A DNA stretch of 64,000 nucleotides from a bacterium (GCA_965261595.1 CBDHDG010000005.1:768001-832000); one strand, 5' to 3'; positions 49,952 to 59,529 are shown, numbered from the stretch's first letter. Made by a program: numbers and translations. The notes: a model not told the origin generated them from the sequence alone.

Positions 49952-50174
49952 GGTCGGCTCCGGCCGGTATGGGCGTCTGGAAATCCGATGGCTTCAGACA
50001 TTCGAAGGGTCTCGTCGGCCTGGGTCCGGTTCGGGGGCCGGTTGTTTCGGCGGAGAGGTTTGGGGCGCAACACCCCCCGTATTTCCCGGGGCAGATCCGG
50101 CACAGCCGGGCCGCCGGGGACCGGGCCCTGGAGAAGGGCCGTCGAGGAGGCCGAGACAGGTGACCGGTTGCGCG

Positions 50175-51074
50175 TCACCCGCTTTGTAAGAGGGTTTTGA
50201 GGATCCGGCGGACGTTTAGACGATAACTTGATTCGTGCGCGGAATCGGGCCGAATCGTCTTTCGATAAGCCCCCACCAACTGATTGGAGTCCGACCGGAA
50301 TTCCAGCACCTGGATGACGTGGTCGACTTTTCCGTTGCTCCCGACATCAATGAATTCGTCATGGTAGACGCTTCGGAGCTCTGTGTTGCTCAGCCATCGC
50401 GCTTCCTGTTCGCTTGCGAGGATGGCGGTTTTCTTTCCAGGCATTTTCAGGGTGAGGGTTCGCCGGCTCCAGGGCGAGTCATGCACCCTGGCCTCGGCTT
50501 TGGAGCCGTCAAAATTCAAACGGAGTTGGTGATAGCTGGGTTCGAAGTGGCCGGGTTCTTTCAGCGCGCCCCGCTCGATCACGGCGGCGGCCAGCAGGCC
50601 GAAGGGGGTCTGGTTGCGGGATTTTTGAAGATTCCGCCAACCGAGGAAGATCGCCAGGATGAGAACGGCGACAGTCAACGTCGCCCCGCTCCGGCTGCCC
50701 AGGAATTGCCGGAAACCCGACAGCAGGGACAGTTCGACGGCCTTGCTGAGTTGCGGCGCGAATCCCCGCTCCATTTCGAGGTCCGGACGCATCGCGGAAA
50801 GATCGGCGAAATCGGGGATGTCCTTGGCGCGTTTTCGGCGGGTCTTCCCCTTGTCGTCATCCACCTTCTGATCGAAGACATTTTTTTCGAGAAAGGTCTT
50901 CTTGATGTTGAAGACCTTGCCTTCCTCGCTCTTGATGAGGCACAGCTCTCCCTTCCAGATTTGGCTCAGGGAGACCTTGGCGCCTTTTTTGAACTCATGT
51001 TCTTGGGGCTCCTGCCCCTTTTTCATCCGCGTATAAGCCGTAAAATCTTCTGCGACGGTCGCCTCGATGGCCAC
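50175..51074 (-). CDS. Hypothetical single-pass membrane protein
   Basis: 299-aa ORF, small soluble N-domain, one TM (LTVAVLILAIFLGW), C-terminal domain; family not recognised. Confidence 0.65.
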   Translation of the reverse strand: MAIEATVAEDFTAYTRMKKGQEPQEHEFKKGAKVSLSQIWKGELCLIKSEEGKVFNIKKTFLEKNVFDQKVDDDKGKTRRKRAKDIPDFADLSAMRPDLEMERGFAPQLSKAVELSLLSGFRQFLGSRSGATLTVAVLILAIFLGWRNLQKSRNQTPFGLLAAAVIERGALKEPGHFEPSYHQLRLNFDGSKAEARVHDSPWSRRTLTLKMPGKKTAILASEQEARWLSNTELRSVYHDEFIDVGSNGKVDHVIQVLEFRSDSNQLVGAYRKTIRPDSAHESSYRLNVRRILKTLLQSG

Positions 51075-51368
51075 GAATCAACGTCCTTTCTGGTTCAGAT
51101 TGAGCTTGCGCCCGGGCAATTGCCGGTGCGGCCACCCATCCCGGTTCATATTTATGTAATGGATTCGGGTGAGACAGTCAAATCCAAGAAGAAATATCTT
51201 GCGCCGGGTGACGGCCGCCGGTCTTCGATCCCTGTTGGAATCACGGTCGCGGCGGCCCCCGCGATAGGGGATCGGGGGGCGGGGACGGCGGCTCAGGTTG
51301 ACCTGCGCTTTGTGGTTATGGTGGAATGCCTGCCTTGGAACCGCCGATGTCGAAAAGGAGGTCGGAGA

Positions 51369-51665
51369 ATGAAGAGCGCGCTGGAATTGGCCATGGAAAA
51401 GACGGAAAAGCTGGTCTCGGAAGAGAGCGCCGGCCTTTCCGATGCGCAGAAAAAACGGATTGCGGAGATCGAAGCGGAGTGCCGGGCGAAGGTCGCCGAA
51501 GCCGAGATCATGCTCGATGGAAAGATGCGGGATGCGGTCTCCGGCGATCCGGGGTCCGCGGAGGCCGCGGTCCTGGCCCTGCGAGAGGAGCACCTGAGAG
51601 ACAAAGAAACGTGGGCGGCGAAGCGGGATCGCGAGGTTGCCAAAGTGAAAGAGAAAAGGGGCTGA
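51369..51665 (+). CDS. Helical hypothetical protein (MKSALELAMEK...)
   Basis: Strong SD AAGGAGG; charged coiled-coil composition. Confidence 0.8.
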   Translation: MKSALELAMEKTEKLVSEESAGLSDAQKKRIAEIEAECRAKVAEAEIMLDGKMRDAVSGDPGSAEAAVLALREEHLRDKETWAAKRDREVAKVKEKRG

Positions 51666-51668
51666 CGT

Positions 51669-51884
51669 ATGAGCGATGAGAGCGCCCGGCGGCCGCAGGC
51701 CGATCGGCCGCCCCGTGAAACATGGCAGAACCGCGTAGCGCAATTCCTGAAGCGAATTCGGCAGATGTTCGGAGGCCAGTGAGGGACCCAGGTTTGACCC
51801 AACTCGACTCCAGGTCTGGAGTCCGGTGAAGAGGAAAGACCGAGACCCGAGCCGGACGTAAAGGATTCTTCTCCCTCCGCGTAA
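51669..51884 (+). CDS. Candidate selenoprotein microprotein (37 aa if first TGA is stop; 71 aa with TGA 51780 and 51795 read as Sec)
   Basis: ATG 3 nt after upstream stop; two in-frame TGA; SECIS-like hairpin at 51806-51823; frame closes at TAA 51882-51884. Confidence 0.55.
51806..51823 (+). promoter_or_regulatory. Bacterial SECIS-like hairpin
   Basis: GACTCCA-GGTC-TGGAGTC; core CAGGTCTG matches the apical loop region of the E. coli fdhF SECIS. Confidence 0.55.
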
Positions 51885-52088
51885 GGCCTTGGAAGCGTTC
51901 GCCCGCACCCTTGCGATTCATGGGTTGGCCCTGGGCGATTCCGCCTGACCGTCCCGCGGCGGAATGAGGACGTGGGCGCCGGCCGCTCTGCGCCCCTCAT
52001 AAGTCTCCATCACGCAAAGCGCTGGATAATCCCCCGGTTCTGTCGGACCCCGGCGGCTGGGAATCTCCTGGGTGTGGAGGTGGTGTCG

Positions 52089-52628
52089 TTGAAGCTGGAG
52101 GAGACCCTGATTACGGCCGAGGAAATTCGGCGCCGGGTGGAGGAGTTGTCCGATCGGATCCGAGCCGATTACAAGGGCCGGGACCTTCACCTCGTCGCCG
52201 TGATGAAGGGTTCGCTGTTTTTCACGGCGGATCTCATCCGGGCCTTGGAACGTCGGGTGACGCTGGGCTGCTTGATTGCGTCCAGCTATCGGGAGCGGAC
52301 GGTCAGTGAAGGCAATGTGGAGCTTCTGACCCAGGGGATGGGCGAGGTCAAAGGCCGCCACGTTCTGGTTGTAGACGATATCGTGGACACCGGGTATACG
52401 CTGGAGAAGATCCGCGAGGTGTTGATGGCCCACGAACCCGCTACGTTGAAGTTCGCCGTATTTCTGGACAAGGTGGAGATGCGCAAGGTTGCGTTCGATG
52501 TGGATTATGTCGGATACACCATTCCGCCGAAATGGGTCGTGGGGTACGGGCTGGATTGCGCCGAGCAGTATCGGGAGCTGGGCTCGATCCGGGTGATTGA
52601 CCCCGCCGGGGATGAGAACGGGGCTTAG
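52089..52628 (+). CDS. hpt: Hypoxanthine phosphoribosyltransferase
   Basis: VMKGS..F.ADL, ASSY, VLVVDDIVDTGYTL, LDK, VVGYGLD..E.YR.L. Confidence 0.95.
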   Translation: MKLEETLITAEEIRRRVEELSDRIRADYKGRDLHLVAVMKGSLFFTADLIRALERRVTLGCLIASSYRERTVSEGNVELLTQGMGEVKGRHVLVVDDIVDTGYTLEKIREVLMAHEPATLKFAVFLDKVEMRKVAFDVDYVGYTIPPKWVVGYGLDCAEQYRELGSIRVIDPAGDENGA

Positions 52629-52740
52629 GGAATTCCCTGCTACGGTGGATGGCCGTCCTGAGTCATTTCAGGAGGAAGCCCGCGTGTCGCGGCGTCAGAG
52701 GGGAAGTCGGCGGCAACCCCCCCCCTCCCCCCAGATTCCA

Positions 52741-52817
52741 GCCGGGCAAGATGCCCGGCCTACCGGACGGCGGAAACCTGGTTTCTCCAATACAGGTAGG
52801 GCGGGCATCTTGCCCGC
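52741..52817. repeat. Inverted REP doublet between convergent genes
   Basis: GCCGGGCAAGATGCCCGGCCTAC (52741-52763) and GTAGGGCGGGCATCTTGCCCGC (52796-52817). Confidence 0.8.
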
Positions 52818-52822
52818 GTTCT

Positions 52823-53517
52823 CTAGTCCGTTGAGGGAGCGGAGCGGCGAAGACGCCACATGTGGACCAGGGTCTTGATGTAGGGCCAGGCGAATTTGGC
52901 GATCCGCGCCTTGGAAGAGCCGTGGAGCCGCGGCTTGTACGTGAAGGGAACTTCACGAATAGACCCGCCCCCGGCCTGAATTCTGACGAGAATCTCAAGA
53001 AGGCCGTCATAGTGGGACGCCTCGCACGCGATGCCCTCCAGGGCCGCCGCCCGGTAGAGGCGGAAATTGCTTGAGAGATCATGAACCGGCAGGGAGAGCA
53101 GGGTGCGAAAGGTTCCGTTCAGGAGGCGGCTCAACAGCCACCGGGAAAAAGGCATTTCGGCCTTTCCACCGGGACATAGCGGGAGGCGATGACTACATCC
53201 GCGTTTTTCCGGTCCGCCCAGAGTCTCTCGATGTAGATGGGATCGTGGGAATGGTCTCCATCCATCGTAAGCACATAGGCCCCCCGGACGCGAGAGAAGC
53301 CTTCAAAGATGGCGCGGGTCAAGCCCGGGCGGGTTTGGGTCCAGCAATCGGCGCCGAAACGTTTCGCCACCTCGGTGGTTTCGTCGGAAGAGCCGCCGTC
53401 CACCACGAGGATCTCGAAATTCGGCGTGAGCTTGGACAGGGCTCGTTGCAGTTGTTCCAACAATCCCGGAAGGGTGCCCGCCTCATTCAAAGCGGGCAGG
53501 ATGATGGATAGGTCCAT
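52823..53517 (-). CDS. GT2 polyprenol-phosphate glycosyltransferase (DPM1-like), frameshift near 53170
   Basis: SIILPALNE, VVDGGSSDET, MDGD.SH.P, ASRYVP; continues D.SS.FRLYR, EVP..Y.PR..G.SK in a second frame. Confidence 0.85.
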
Positions 53518-53732
53518 GGGATTGTCCGAGGATGTGAGAGAAGCTTGAGTCCGGTTCACACCCTTTTTTATTGGATGGCTTTGGGTAAGTCAACTTTTTG
53601 GAATGGGACGCCGTATTTCGCCGGGCCGCTTGATTGTGCGGGGCGAGCGCGAAAGAAGCGGGAAGCCATGAGAATGGATCGAACACCGGACCCGCTGACG
53701 ATGCGCCTGCTTGTTCGGAGGCGGGAGAAGCC

Positions 53733-55508
53733 ATGACCGGGAAACAGAAACACCTCGAGGCCGCCGCGGGGGTCTCCCAGGGCGGAAGCGCCCGCCCCGG
53801 ATTGATTCTCGGCGGAATTCTTCTGGGCGCGTTCATCCTCAGGACGGTTGGCGCCAATCAGGTTTTCTCGGCTGTCGAGATGCCGGTGACCTCCTTGCTG
53901 GCCGGCTTCAGGCTCACCCTGGCCCCCTGGTTGGGCGGGGACGCCCTCCTGGAGAACTTTTTCGTTCAACTTGTTTTGTTCTACCGGGGCGTATCGGCCC
54001 CTTTGATCCTCTACATCGATCTCTCTTTGTTGAGGCTGTTCGGGATTCGCATTTCGGAATTTCTTTTGGTGTTGCCGTTTATCCTGGCGGGTTTGCTGGG
54101 GGTGGCCGCCATTTATGCGCTGGGGAAGCGATTCTTCGGGGTGCGGGCGGGGCTTTTGGCCGCGCTTTTTATGGGATTGGCTTCTTGGCACGTAGCCAAT
54201 TCTCGGACCCCGCAGTCTTTGGTGGTCGTTTTTCTGATCCAGGTTCTCGTCTTCCTGGCGGTGGATAAGCTGATTGAGACGCGCGCCCGCCGGTGGGCGA
54301 TAGGGAGCGCCCTGGCCCTCGCCTTGGAGGTGATGAGCAACAACGGGTTTCCCTTCACCCTTCTGGTGGTCGCTTTTTTCTTCGTCGCCCGCGCCCGGCG
54401 GAATGGAGGGGATTGGAAAGGCCGGTTGGGCGAGGTCGTCCGCAAATCCGGTTTTCGTTATTGGGCAATGATTCCCATCCTGGCCGTTCTCTTTCAGGGC
54501 GTGGTTTTCATTCTTGCGATGTGGAGGAACGAGCTCCTTGGCCTTCTGGCGTGGTCCAACCAGCACAGCCGGTATTTCTTCGATGTCGGACCGTCGGTCA
54601 TTATTCATGAAGCGGGGTCCCCGCTGACCCAGAGGATGTTCGGAAGCATTCTCAACATCGGGATTGGGTTGAACCTCCTTTTCGCATTGACTTGTTTGGT
54701 TTCCCTGGTGTTGCACATTCCAAGGCTTTGGCGCTTCGACACCGCGGGGGTCCTGGTGTTCTGGTATGGGGTTCTGGGTCTTCCGCAAATCTTTTTCTTC
54801 TACACCTATCCGGAGATTGCGGCGACCAACATCGCCGTGCCGCTCTGCCTTCTGGGCGCGAAGCTCATGAGTGACCTTTGGGAGCGACGGCGGGTTTTGG
54901 GCATTGCCCTGGTGGTGTTGGCCGCGGCCGATGGACTGTCGGGGGCCCTTTATACGAACCTGTTTTTACCGACGCCGAACTGGGGCCTCTATATCCGGGC
55001 CGAGGCGGAAAATGCCTGGGGCGCATCCCGCGGATTTCGTGGAATCAAATCGGCCGCGTATTTCGTCCGGGCCCGGATGCCGAAAGACGATACGGTCTAC
55101 GTCAATCTGTATGGCGAGGCTTCCGAGCTCTACTTCAACCGGCAGCTTTGTGAATGCGGGGGCAGGGGAAAAAAGGCGCTTTACCGCAACGCGGAGGATC
55201 AGGGGAATCCGGGCATCGACTGGTTCATCGAATACAACCCGTGGATGGACCCCCTTGGGCGGGTGACCGGAGGAAGTGATTATGAAAAGTGGGTCGGGTG
55301 GACGACGAGATTGAATGGCGGGCCGGGCCATCTGGCCGCCGTCGGGCGCGATGGAGAAACCGTCCTGTGGAAGGTGTTCAGCCGGAAGCCGGCCGAGACG
55401 GAAAACCTCCAGCACGGACCCCTCGTCTCCAGATTCAACAGGGAGTATATGACCCCCGATCGATTCTTCACGAACCGATTGGGGGGGATGACCTTCTGGA
55501 TGAACTGA
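53733..55508 (+). CDS. Multi-pass membrane GT-C (ArnT/PMT-like, family 39) glycosyltransferase
   Basis: Many TM helices; LP..LAG......IY.LG.R.F....GL.AA.......WHV..SR pattern; divergent from the GT2 gene. Confidence 0.7.
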   Translation: MTGKQKHLEAAAGVSQGGSARPGLILGGILLGAFILRTVGANQVFSAVEMPVTSLLAGFRLTLAPWLGGDALLENFFVQLVLFYRGVSAPLILYIDLSLLRLFGIRISEFLLVLPFILAGLLGVAAIYALGKRFFGVRAGLLAALFMGLASWHVANSRTPQSLVVVFLIQVLVFLAVDKLIETRARRWAIGSALALALEVMSNNGFPFTLLVVAFFFVARARRNGGDWKGRLGEVVRKSGFRYWAMIPILAVLFQGVVFILAMWRNELLGLLAWSNQHSRYFFDVGPSVIIHEAGSPLTQRMFGSILNIGIGLNLLFALTCLVSLVLHIPRLWRFDTAGVLVFWYGVLGLPQIFFFYTYPEIAATNIAVPLCLLGAKLMSDLWERRRVLGIALVVLAAADGLSGALYTNLFLPTPNWGLYIRAEAENAWGASRGFRGIKSAAYFVRARMPKDDTVYVNLYGEASELYFNRQLCECGGRGKKALYRNAEDQGNPGIDWFIEYNPWMDPLGRVTGGSDYEKWVGWTTRLNGGPGHLAAVGRDGETVLWKVFSRKPAETENLQHGPLVSRFNREYMTPDRFFTNRLGGMTFWMN

Positions 55509-56320
55509 TGGGCGCATTGCTTGAAACCCTGTTCGGCGCGCCGAACCCGCTTGTGGTGATGGTGCATTTGCTCCCGCTGCCGGGAAGCCCTTTTCACGAT
55601 GAAGGGGGGGGCGGGCTGAAGGCCATCCTCGACCGAGCGGTTGCGGACGCGGAGGCCGCGCGGGAGGGGGGCGCGCACGGAATTGTCGTCGAGAATTTCG
55701 GCGATATGCCGTTCCTGCCCGTCGCGGTGGAGCCCATCACGACGGCCTGCGTCGCCCGGGCCGTCGGCGACGTGCGCGAGGCCGTCGACCTGCCCTGCGG
55801 CGTGAGCGTTCTTCGTAACGACGCGGCCGCGGCCCTGTCCATCGCCTCGGTGGCCGGGTGTTCCTTCATCCGGGTCGGCGTCCACACGGGGACGATGGTC
55901 ACCGACCAGGGGATCATCCGGGGGACGGCCCATGAGACCCTCCGTTTGAGGAAGCTTCTGGGATCGAACGTCCGGATTTTCGGCGACTTTCAGGTGAAGC
56001 ACGCCGCCGCCCTCGCGCCCCCCGACCTGGATCGGGACGCCCGCGATCTGGTCGAGCGGGGGCTGGCCGACGCCGTTGTGGTCTCTGGAATCGGGACGGG
56101 AATTCCGGCCGAGCTGGACATCGTTCGGCGGGTCAAGCGGGCAATCCCCGGAACGCCGGTTCTTCTGGGGAGCGGCGTCGATGCGGAGAACGTGGCCGAC
56201 ATGCTCGCGGCGGGCGATGGGGCCATCGTGGGCTCTTCCGTTAAAGAGGACGGGAAGCTCGGACAACCGGTGAGCGCAAGCCGGGTTCGGGAGTTGGTCC
56301 GCCGGGGCGGGGGGGGCTGA
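55508..56320 (+). CDS. BtpA/SgcQ family protein
   Basis: MVHL.PLPGSP, ENFGDMPF, VLRND, DQGII.G, VKHA, ADAVVVSG..TG, GSGV, DGAIVGS. Confidence 0.92.
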   Translation: MGALLETLFGAPNPLVVMVHLLPLPGSPFHDEGGGGLKAILDRAVADAEAAREGGAHGIVVENFGDMPFLPVAVEPITTACVARAVGDVREAVDLPCGVSVLRNDAAAALSIASVAGCSFIRVGVHTGTMVTDQGIIRGTAHETLRLRKLLGSNVRIFGDFQVKHAAALAPPDLDRDARDLVERGLADAVVVSGIGTGIPAELDIVRRVKRAIPGTPVLLGSGVDAENVADMLAAGDGAIVGSSVKEDGKLGQPVSASRVRELVRRGGGG

Positions 56321-56356
56321 CCGGGTGAGCGTCTCCCGCGAATTCCTCCTCCGTGG

Positions 56357-56776
56357 ATGCGTGAATTGAAGGCTGTGGAAGTCTTTCAGCTTGCGGAAGA
56401 AGTGAGCCGCCTGCGCCGGTCGGAGGAGAAAATTGGCCACCGGGACTTGGTCGTGCGCCCGGAGTACCGGGCGGGGATCGTCGTCTTTCGAAGCCCGGGC
56501 GCCCGGCCGGATGACCCGGGGGATCCCAAAGAGATCACCCACGCGGACCTGGACGTCCTGGTCCACGTCCTCGGGGGCGGTGGGACGTTGACGGTGAGAG
56601 GCGAGGCCCGGGACCTGGTTGCGGGAATGGCCGTCCGGTTGCCGGCCGGGACGCCGCATGATTTCGCCGCCGGGGAGGGGGAGGGGGGGGAGGACCTGGT
56701 TCTGTTCTACGCCATGATTCGCGTGAAAGCCGAGACGCCTGAATCTCTCACAACGGATTCCCGCCAAACCGGATAG
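56357..56776 (+). CDS. Cupin-domain protein
   Basis: H.D.D...HVL.G.G.L.V.G....L..G.....PAGTPH.F. Confidence 0.8.
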   Translation: MRELKAVEVFQLAEEVSRLRRSEEKIGHRDLVVRPEYRAGIVVFRSPGARPDDPGDPKEITHADLDVLVHVLGGGGTLTVRGEARDLVAGMAVRLPAGTPHDFAAGEGEGGEDLVLFYAMIRVKAETPESLTTDSRQTG

Positions 56777-56788
56777 ACCGGCCCGGTC

Positions 56789-57817
56789 TTATGGATCGAC
56801 CCCGATTTCCTTGAGCATCCTTCTGTACTCGATGGCGGCCGCGTCCGGCGTCTTGACGTGTAGCTCCTCGGTCAAGTCCAAGGGAAGTTCTTCGGGACGC
56901 TGGCGCTCGACGATCACCAAGTCCTGTTCAAAGACGATTTCGTGATTCCGGACGACCTCCCGCACGGTCTCATCGAGAACCTCGGCCTTCACGTCGTCAT
57001 CGGTGACGATGATGGGTCCATGAATGATGTCGTTTGTTTCCAGATCGTAGTTGCGAATCCCAATCAGGAACCGTGTGCTCAACCTGGCCGAGTGGGGCAG
57101 GCCCAACACGAAGAGCACTTTGGTCCGTCCGTCGTGTTCCGCTTTCGACATGTGACATGTGAAGGGCAGGTTGACGCGGTAGGTTTGACGGTGAGGGAAT
57201 GGGGCGATGGGGGTCGGGATGTTCTCGAATCCGCACACGAACTCTTCACCGTTGCGGTTCAGGTCCATTTCGGGCGCCAGGGTGTCGGAGCGGTCGCCGA
57301 GAATGCCCTCATGGACCCAGGCGAAGTGGGATTGGTCCAGGAAGTTTTCCATCACGCGGGCCGCGCTGCCCTTCCAGAATTTTCTTTGGAACAGGAACGG
57401 CCGATAGCTCGGGTCGTCATACTCCGGGCACTGGGGAATCGGCGCCCGGGGGGTCTCGGACAGGCAGACCCACACGAGGCCGTACTTCTCGCGGGCCCGG
57501 AAGGACTTCAGGCACGCCTTCTTGGGGATGGGATGCTCCGCCGGGACCGAGGGAATCCGGACGCACCGGCCGTCCTCCCCGTAAGCCCAGCCGTGATAGG
57601 CGCAGACGAGATTTTCGCCTTCCACCCATCCCATGGAAATGGGCGTTCCCCGGTGGATGCACAGGTCTCGGAACGCCCTGACCCGGCCCGCCAGCCGGCA
57701 GACCGCGATGCGCTCGTCCAGAAGGGTGACCGCGATGGGCCCATCGCCGAGCTCCCCGGATAACGCGACAGGATGCCAGTAGTGTCGCAGGACGGGCCAA
57801 AGGTCGCTCTCTTTCAA
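56789..57817 (-). CDS. Rieske non-heme iron oxygenase alpha subunit (VanA/N-demethylase-like)
   Basis: CIHRG...CAYHGW Rieske motif; ENFLD.SHF..VH; D..IVE.Q.P; no reductase gene adjacent. Confidence 0.92.
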   Translation of the reverse strand: MKESDLWPVLRHYWHPVALSGELGDGPIAVTLLDERIAVCRLAGRVRAFRDLCIHRGTPISMGWVEGENLVCAYHGWAYGEDGRCVRIPSVPAEHPIPKKACLKSFRAREKYGLVWVCLSETPRAPIPQCPEYDDPSYRPFLFQRKFWKGSAARVMENFLDQSHFAWVHEGILGDRSDTLAPEMDLNRNGEEFVCGFENIPTPIAPFPHRQTYRVNLPFTCHMSKAEHDGRTKVLFVLGLPHSARLSTRFLIGIRNYDLETNDIIHGPIIVTDDDVKAEVLDETVREVVRNHEIVFEQDLVIVERQRPEELPLDLTEELHVKTPDAAAIEYRRMLKEIGVDP

Positions 57818-57896
57818 AGGCCTTTCTCCCGGGCGTCCAGGTCCGGCAGTTTTTTCATCCGTGAATGTTCGAGGGAGGGAGAAAAGGGTCCCCGGT

Positions 57897-58742
57897 TCAA
57901 TCGCTGTGGCTCAGGACGGCCGTATTGCGGCCTTTCAGCTCCTCTTCCACCAGACGGGTCGCTTCGCGCCGAACGAGGTTGAAGTCCGGTGCGGTGACAT
58001 CGCGTGGGCGCTCGAGGGAGATGTCGATGATCTCTTTGATGCGTCCGGGGCGCGCCGTCATGACGACCACGCGGTCCCCCAGGAAGACGGCCTCTTCCAC
58101 GTTGTGGGTCACGAACAGAATGGTTTTGTGGGAATCCTGCCAGAGCCGGATCAACTCCTTCTGCAAGTCCTTGCGGGTTTGCGCGTCCAGGGCCGCAAAG
58201 GGCTCGTCCATGAGCAGGATCTCGGGGTCGTTGGCGAGCACGCGGATGAGCGAGACGCGTTGTTTCATTCCCCCGGACAGCTCGTGGGGATAACGGTTCG
58301 CAAACTCTTCCAGGCCCACGGCGTTCAGGTAGGTCTCGGCGATGCCGATCTGCTCCTCCTTGGGCAGGCCTTTTTCCTTCAGTCCGTAGCAGACGTTGTC
58401 CAGGACCGTCATCCAGGGGAACAGCGCGTACTCCTGAAACACGACGCCCCGATCGGCGCCCGGCTTCGTGATGGGGCGGCCTCGGAGCGTCACCTGGCCC
58501 GCGGTTGTTTCCTCGAACCCGGCGATGATGTTGAGCAGGGTGGATTTTCCGCAGCCGCTCGGCCCGAGAATTGTGAGGAATTCACCCTCCAGGACCTCGA
58601 AGTCGAGGTCCTGGAGGGCGATGATTTCGCGCCCTTCGGAAATGTCGTGAAAGCTTTTCTGGAGGCCCCGGCAATGGATGAGGGCTTCCCCCCCCCGCTC
58701 CCCCGATCCGCCCGATGGAGAGGATTGCGTCGCATCTGTCAT
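57897..58742 (-). CDS. ABC transporter ATP-binding protein (nitrate/sulfonate type)
   Basis: GPSGCGKS, VFQEYALFPW, LSGGMKQR, LLMDEPFAALD, VTHN. Confidence 0.95.
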   Translation of the reverse strand: MTDATQSSPSGGSGERGGEALIHCRGLQKSFHDISEGREIIALQDLDFEVLEGEFLTILGPSGCGKSTLLNIIAGFEETTAGQVTLRGRPITKPGADRGVVFQEYALFPWMTVLDNVCYGLKEKGLPKEEQIGIAETYLNAVGLEEFANRYPHELSGGMKQRVSLIRVLANDPEILLMDEPFAALDAQTRKDLQKELIRLWQDSHKTILFVTHNVEEAVFLGDRVVVMTARPGRIKEIIDISLERPRDVTAPDFNLVRREATRLVEEELKGRNTAVLSHSD

Positions 58743-58746
58743 GGGT

Positions 58747-59529
58747 TCAGGTTCCTTCCGCCCACCGGAGCGCGCGGTCTCGAATGAAGACGATGATCCG
58801 GTCGGACAGGAAACCCATAGTCCCGATGCTCACCATGGCGGCGACGATCAGGTCCATCCGGATGAATTCATAAGCGGTCCACAGGGCGCGCCCGAGGCCG
58901 GCGTCCACGGCCAGCATCTCCGCGACGATCACCAGGACCCAGGCGAGGCCGATCCCGAGGCGCAACCCGGTGATGATCGACGGGAGCGCCGAGGGAAGGA
59001 CGACGCGTCGAAGGAGCTGGCTCTGCTTGGTCCCCAACATCAGCGCGGCCCGAATCAGGACTTTCGGAACATGTTGCGCTCCGGCCGTTGAATTCACCAC
59101 AATCGGGAAAAACGTCCCGAATGCGATGAGAAAGATGGCGGAAGTGTCTTGGATCCCGAAGAAGACGATGGAAAAGGGGAGCCAAGCCGTAACCGGAATG
59201 GGCCGCAAAAGCTGGATAAAGGGGTCGAACAAATTTGACATCAGCCTGAACCACCCGATCAGGACGCCGAGGATGACGCCCGCCACCGCCGCGATGATAA
59301 AGCCGATGAGGACCCGGTAGAGGCTGTCCAGCAGGTGTAGGAGCCAGGTTCCGGAGTACCATACATTGGGATTCGTCGGGGACCCGAAGATCCACTCCCA
59401 CCATCCGGTCACCACCTGGATGGGGGAGGGGGTGTACCTGGGCTCCATCAGTTCCAGCCAACTGATCATGCTCCACAGAAAGACGAACACAACCGGAACG
59501 ATAAACTTTTGGAGAGTGTCACGCTTCAT
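58747..59529 (-). CDS. ABC transporter permease (SsuC/TauC type)
   Basis: SL.RVLIGF, LRPIP..AW.P, P.ALP.I.TGLR, V.AEM. Confidence 0.95.
   Translation of the reverse strand: MKRDTLQKFIVPVVFVFLWSMISWLELMEPRYTPSPIQVVTGWWEWIFGSPTNPNVWYSGTWLLHLLDSLYRVLIGFIIAAVAGVILGVLIGWFRLMSNLFDPFIQLLRPIPVTAWLPFSIVFFGIQDTSAIFLIAFGTFFPIVVNSTAGAQHVPKVLIRAALMLGTKQSQLLRRVVLPSALPSIITGLRLGIGLAWVLVIVAEMLAVDAGLGRALWTAYEFIRMDLIVAAMVSIGTMGFLSDRIIVFIRDRALRWAEGT

Noticed and set aside
51806..51823. Hairpin as an intrinsic terminator
   Set aside because: No U-tract on either strand; position and loop fit a SECIS better.
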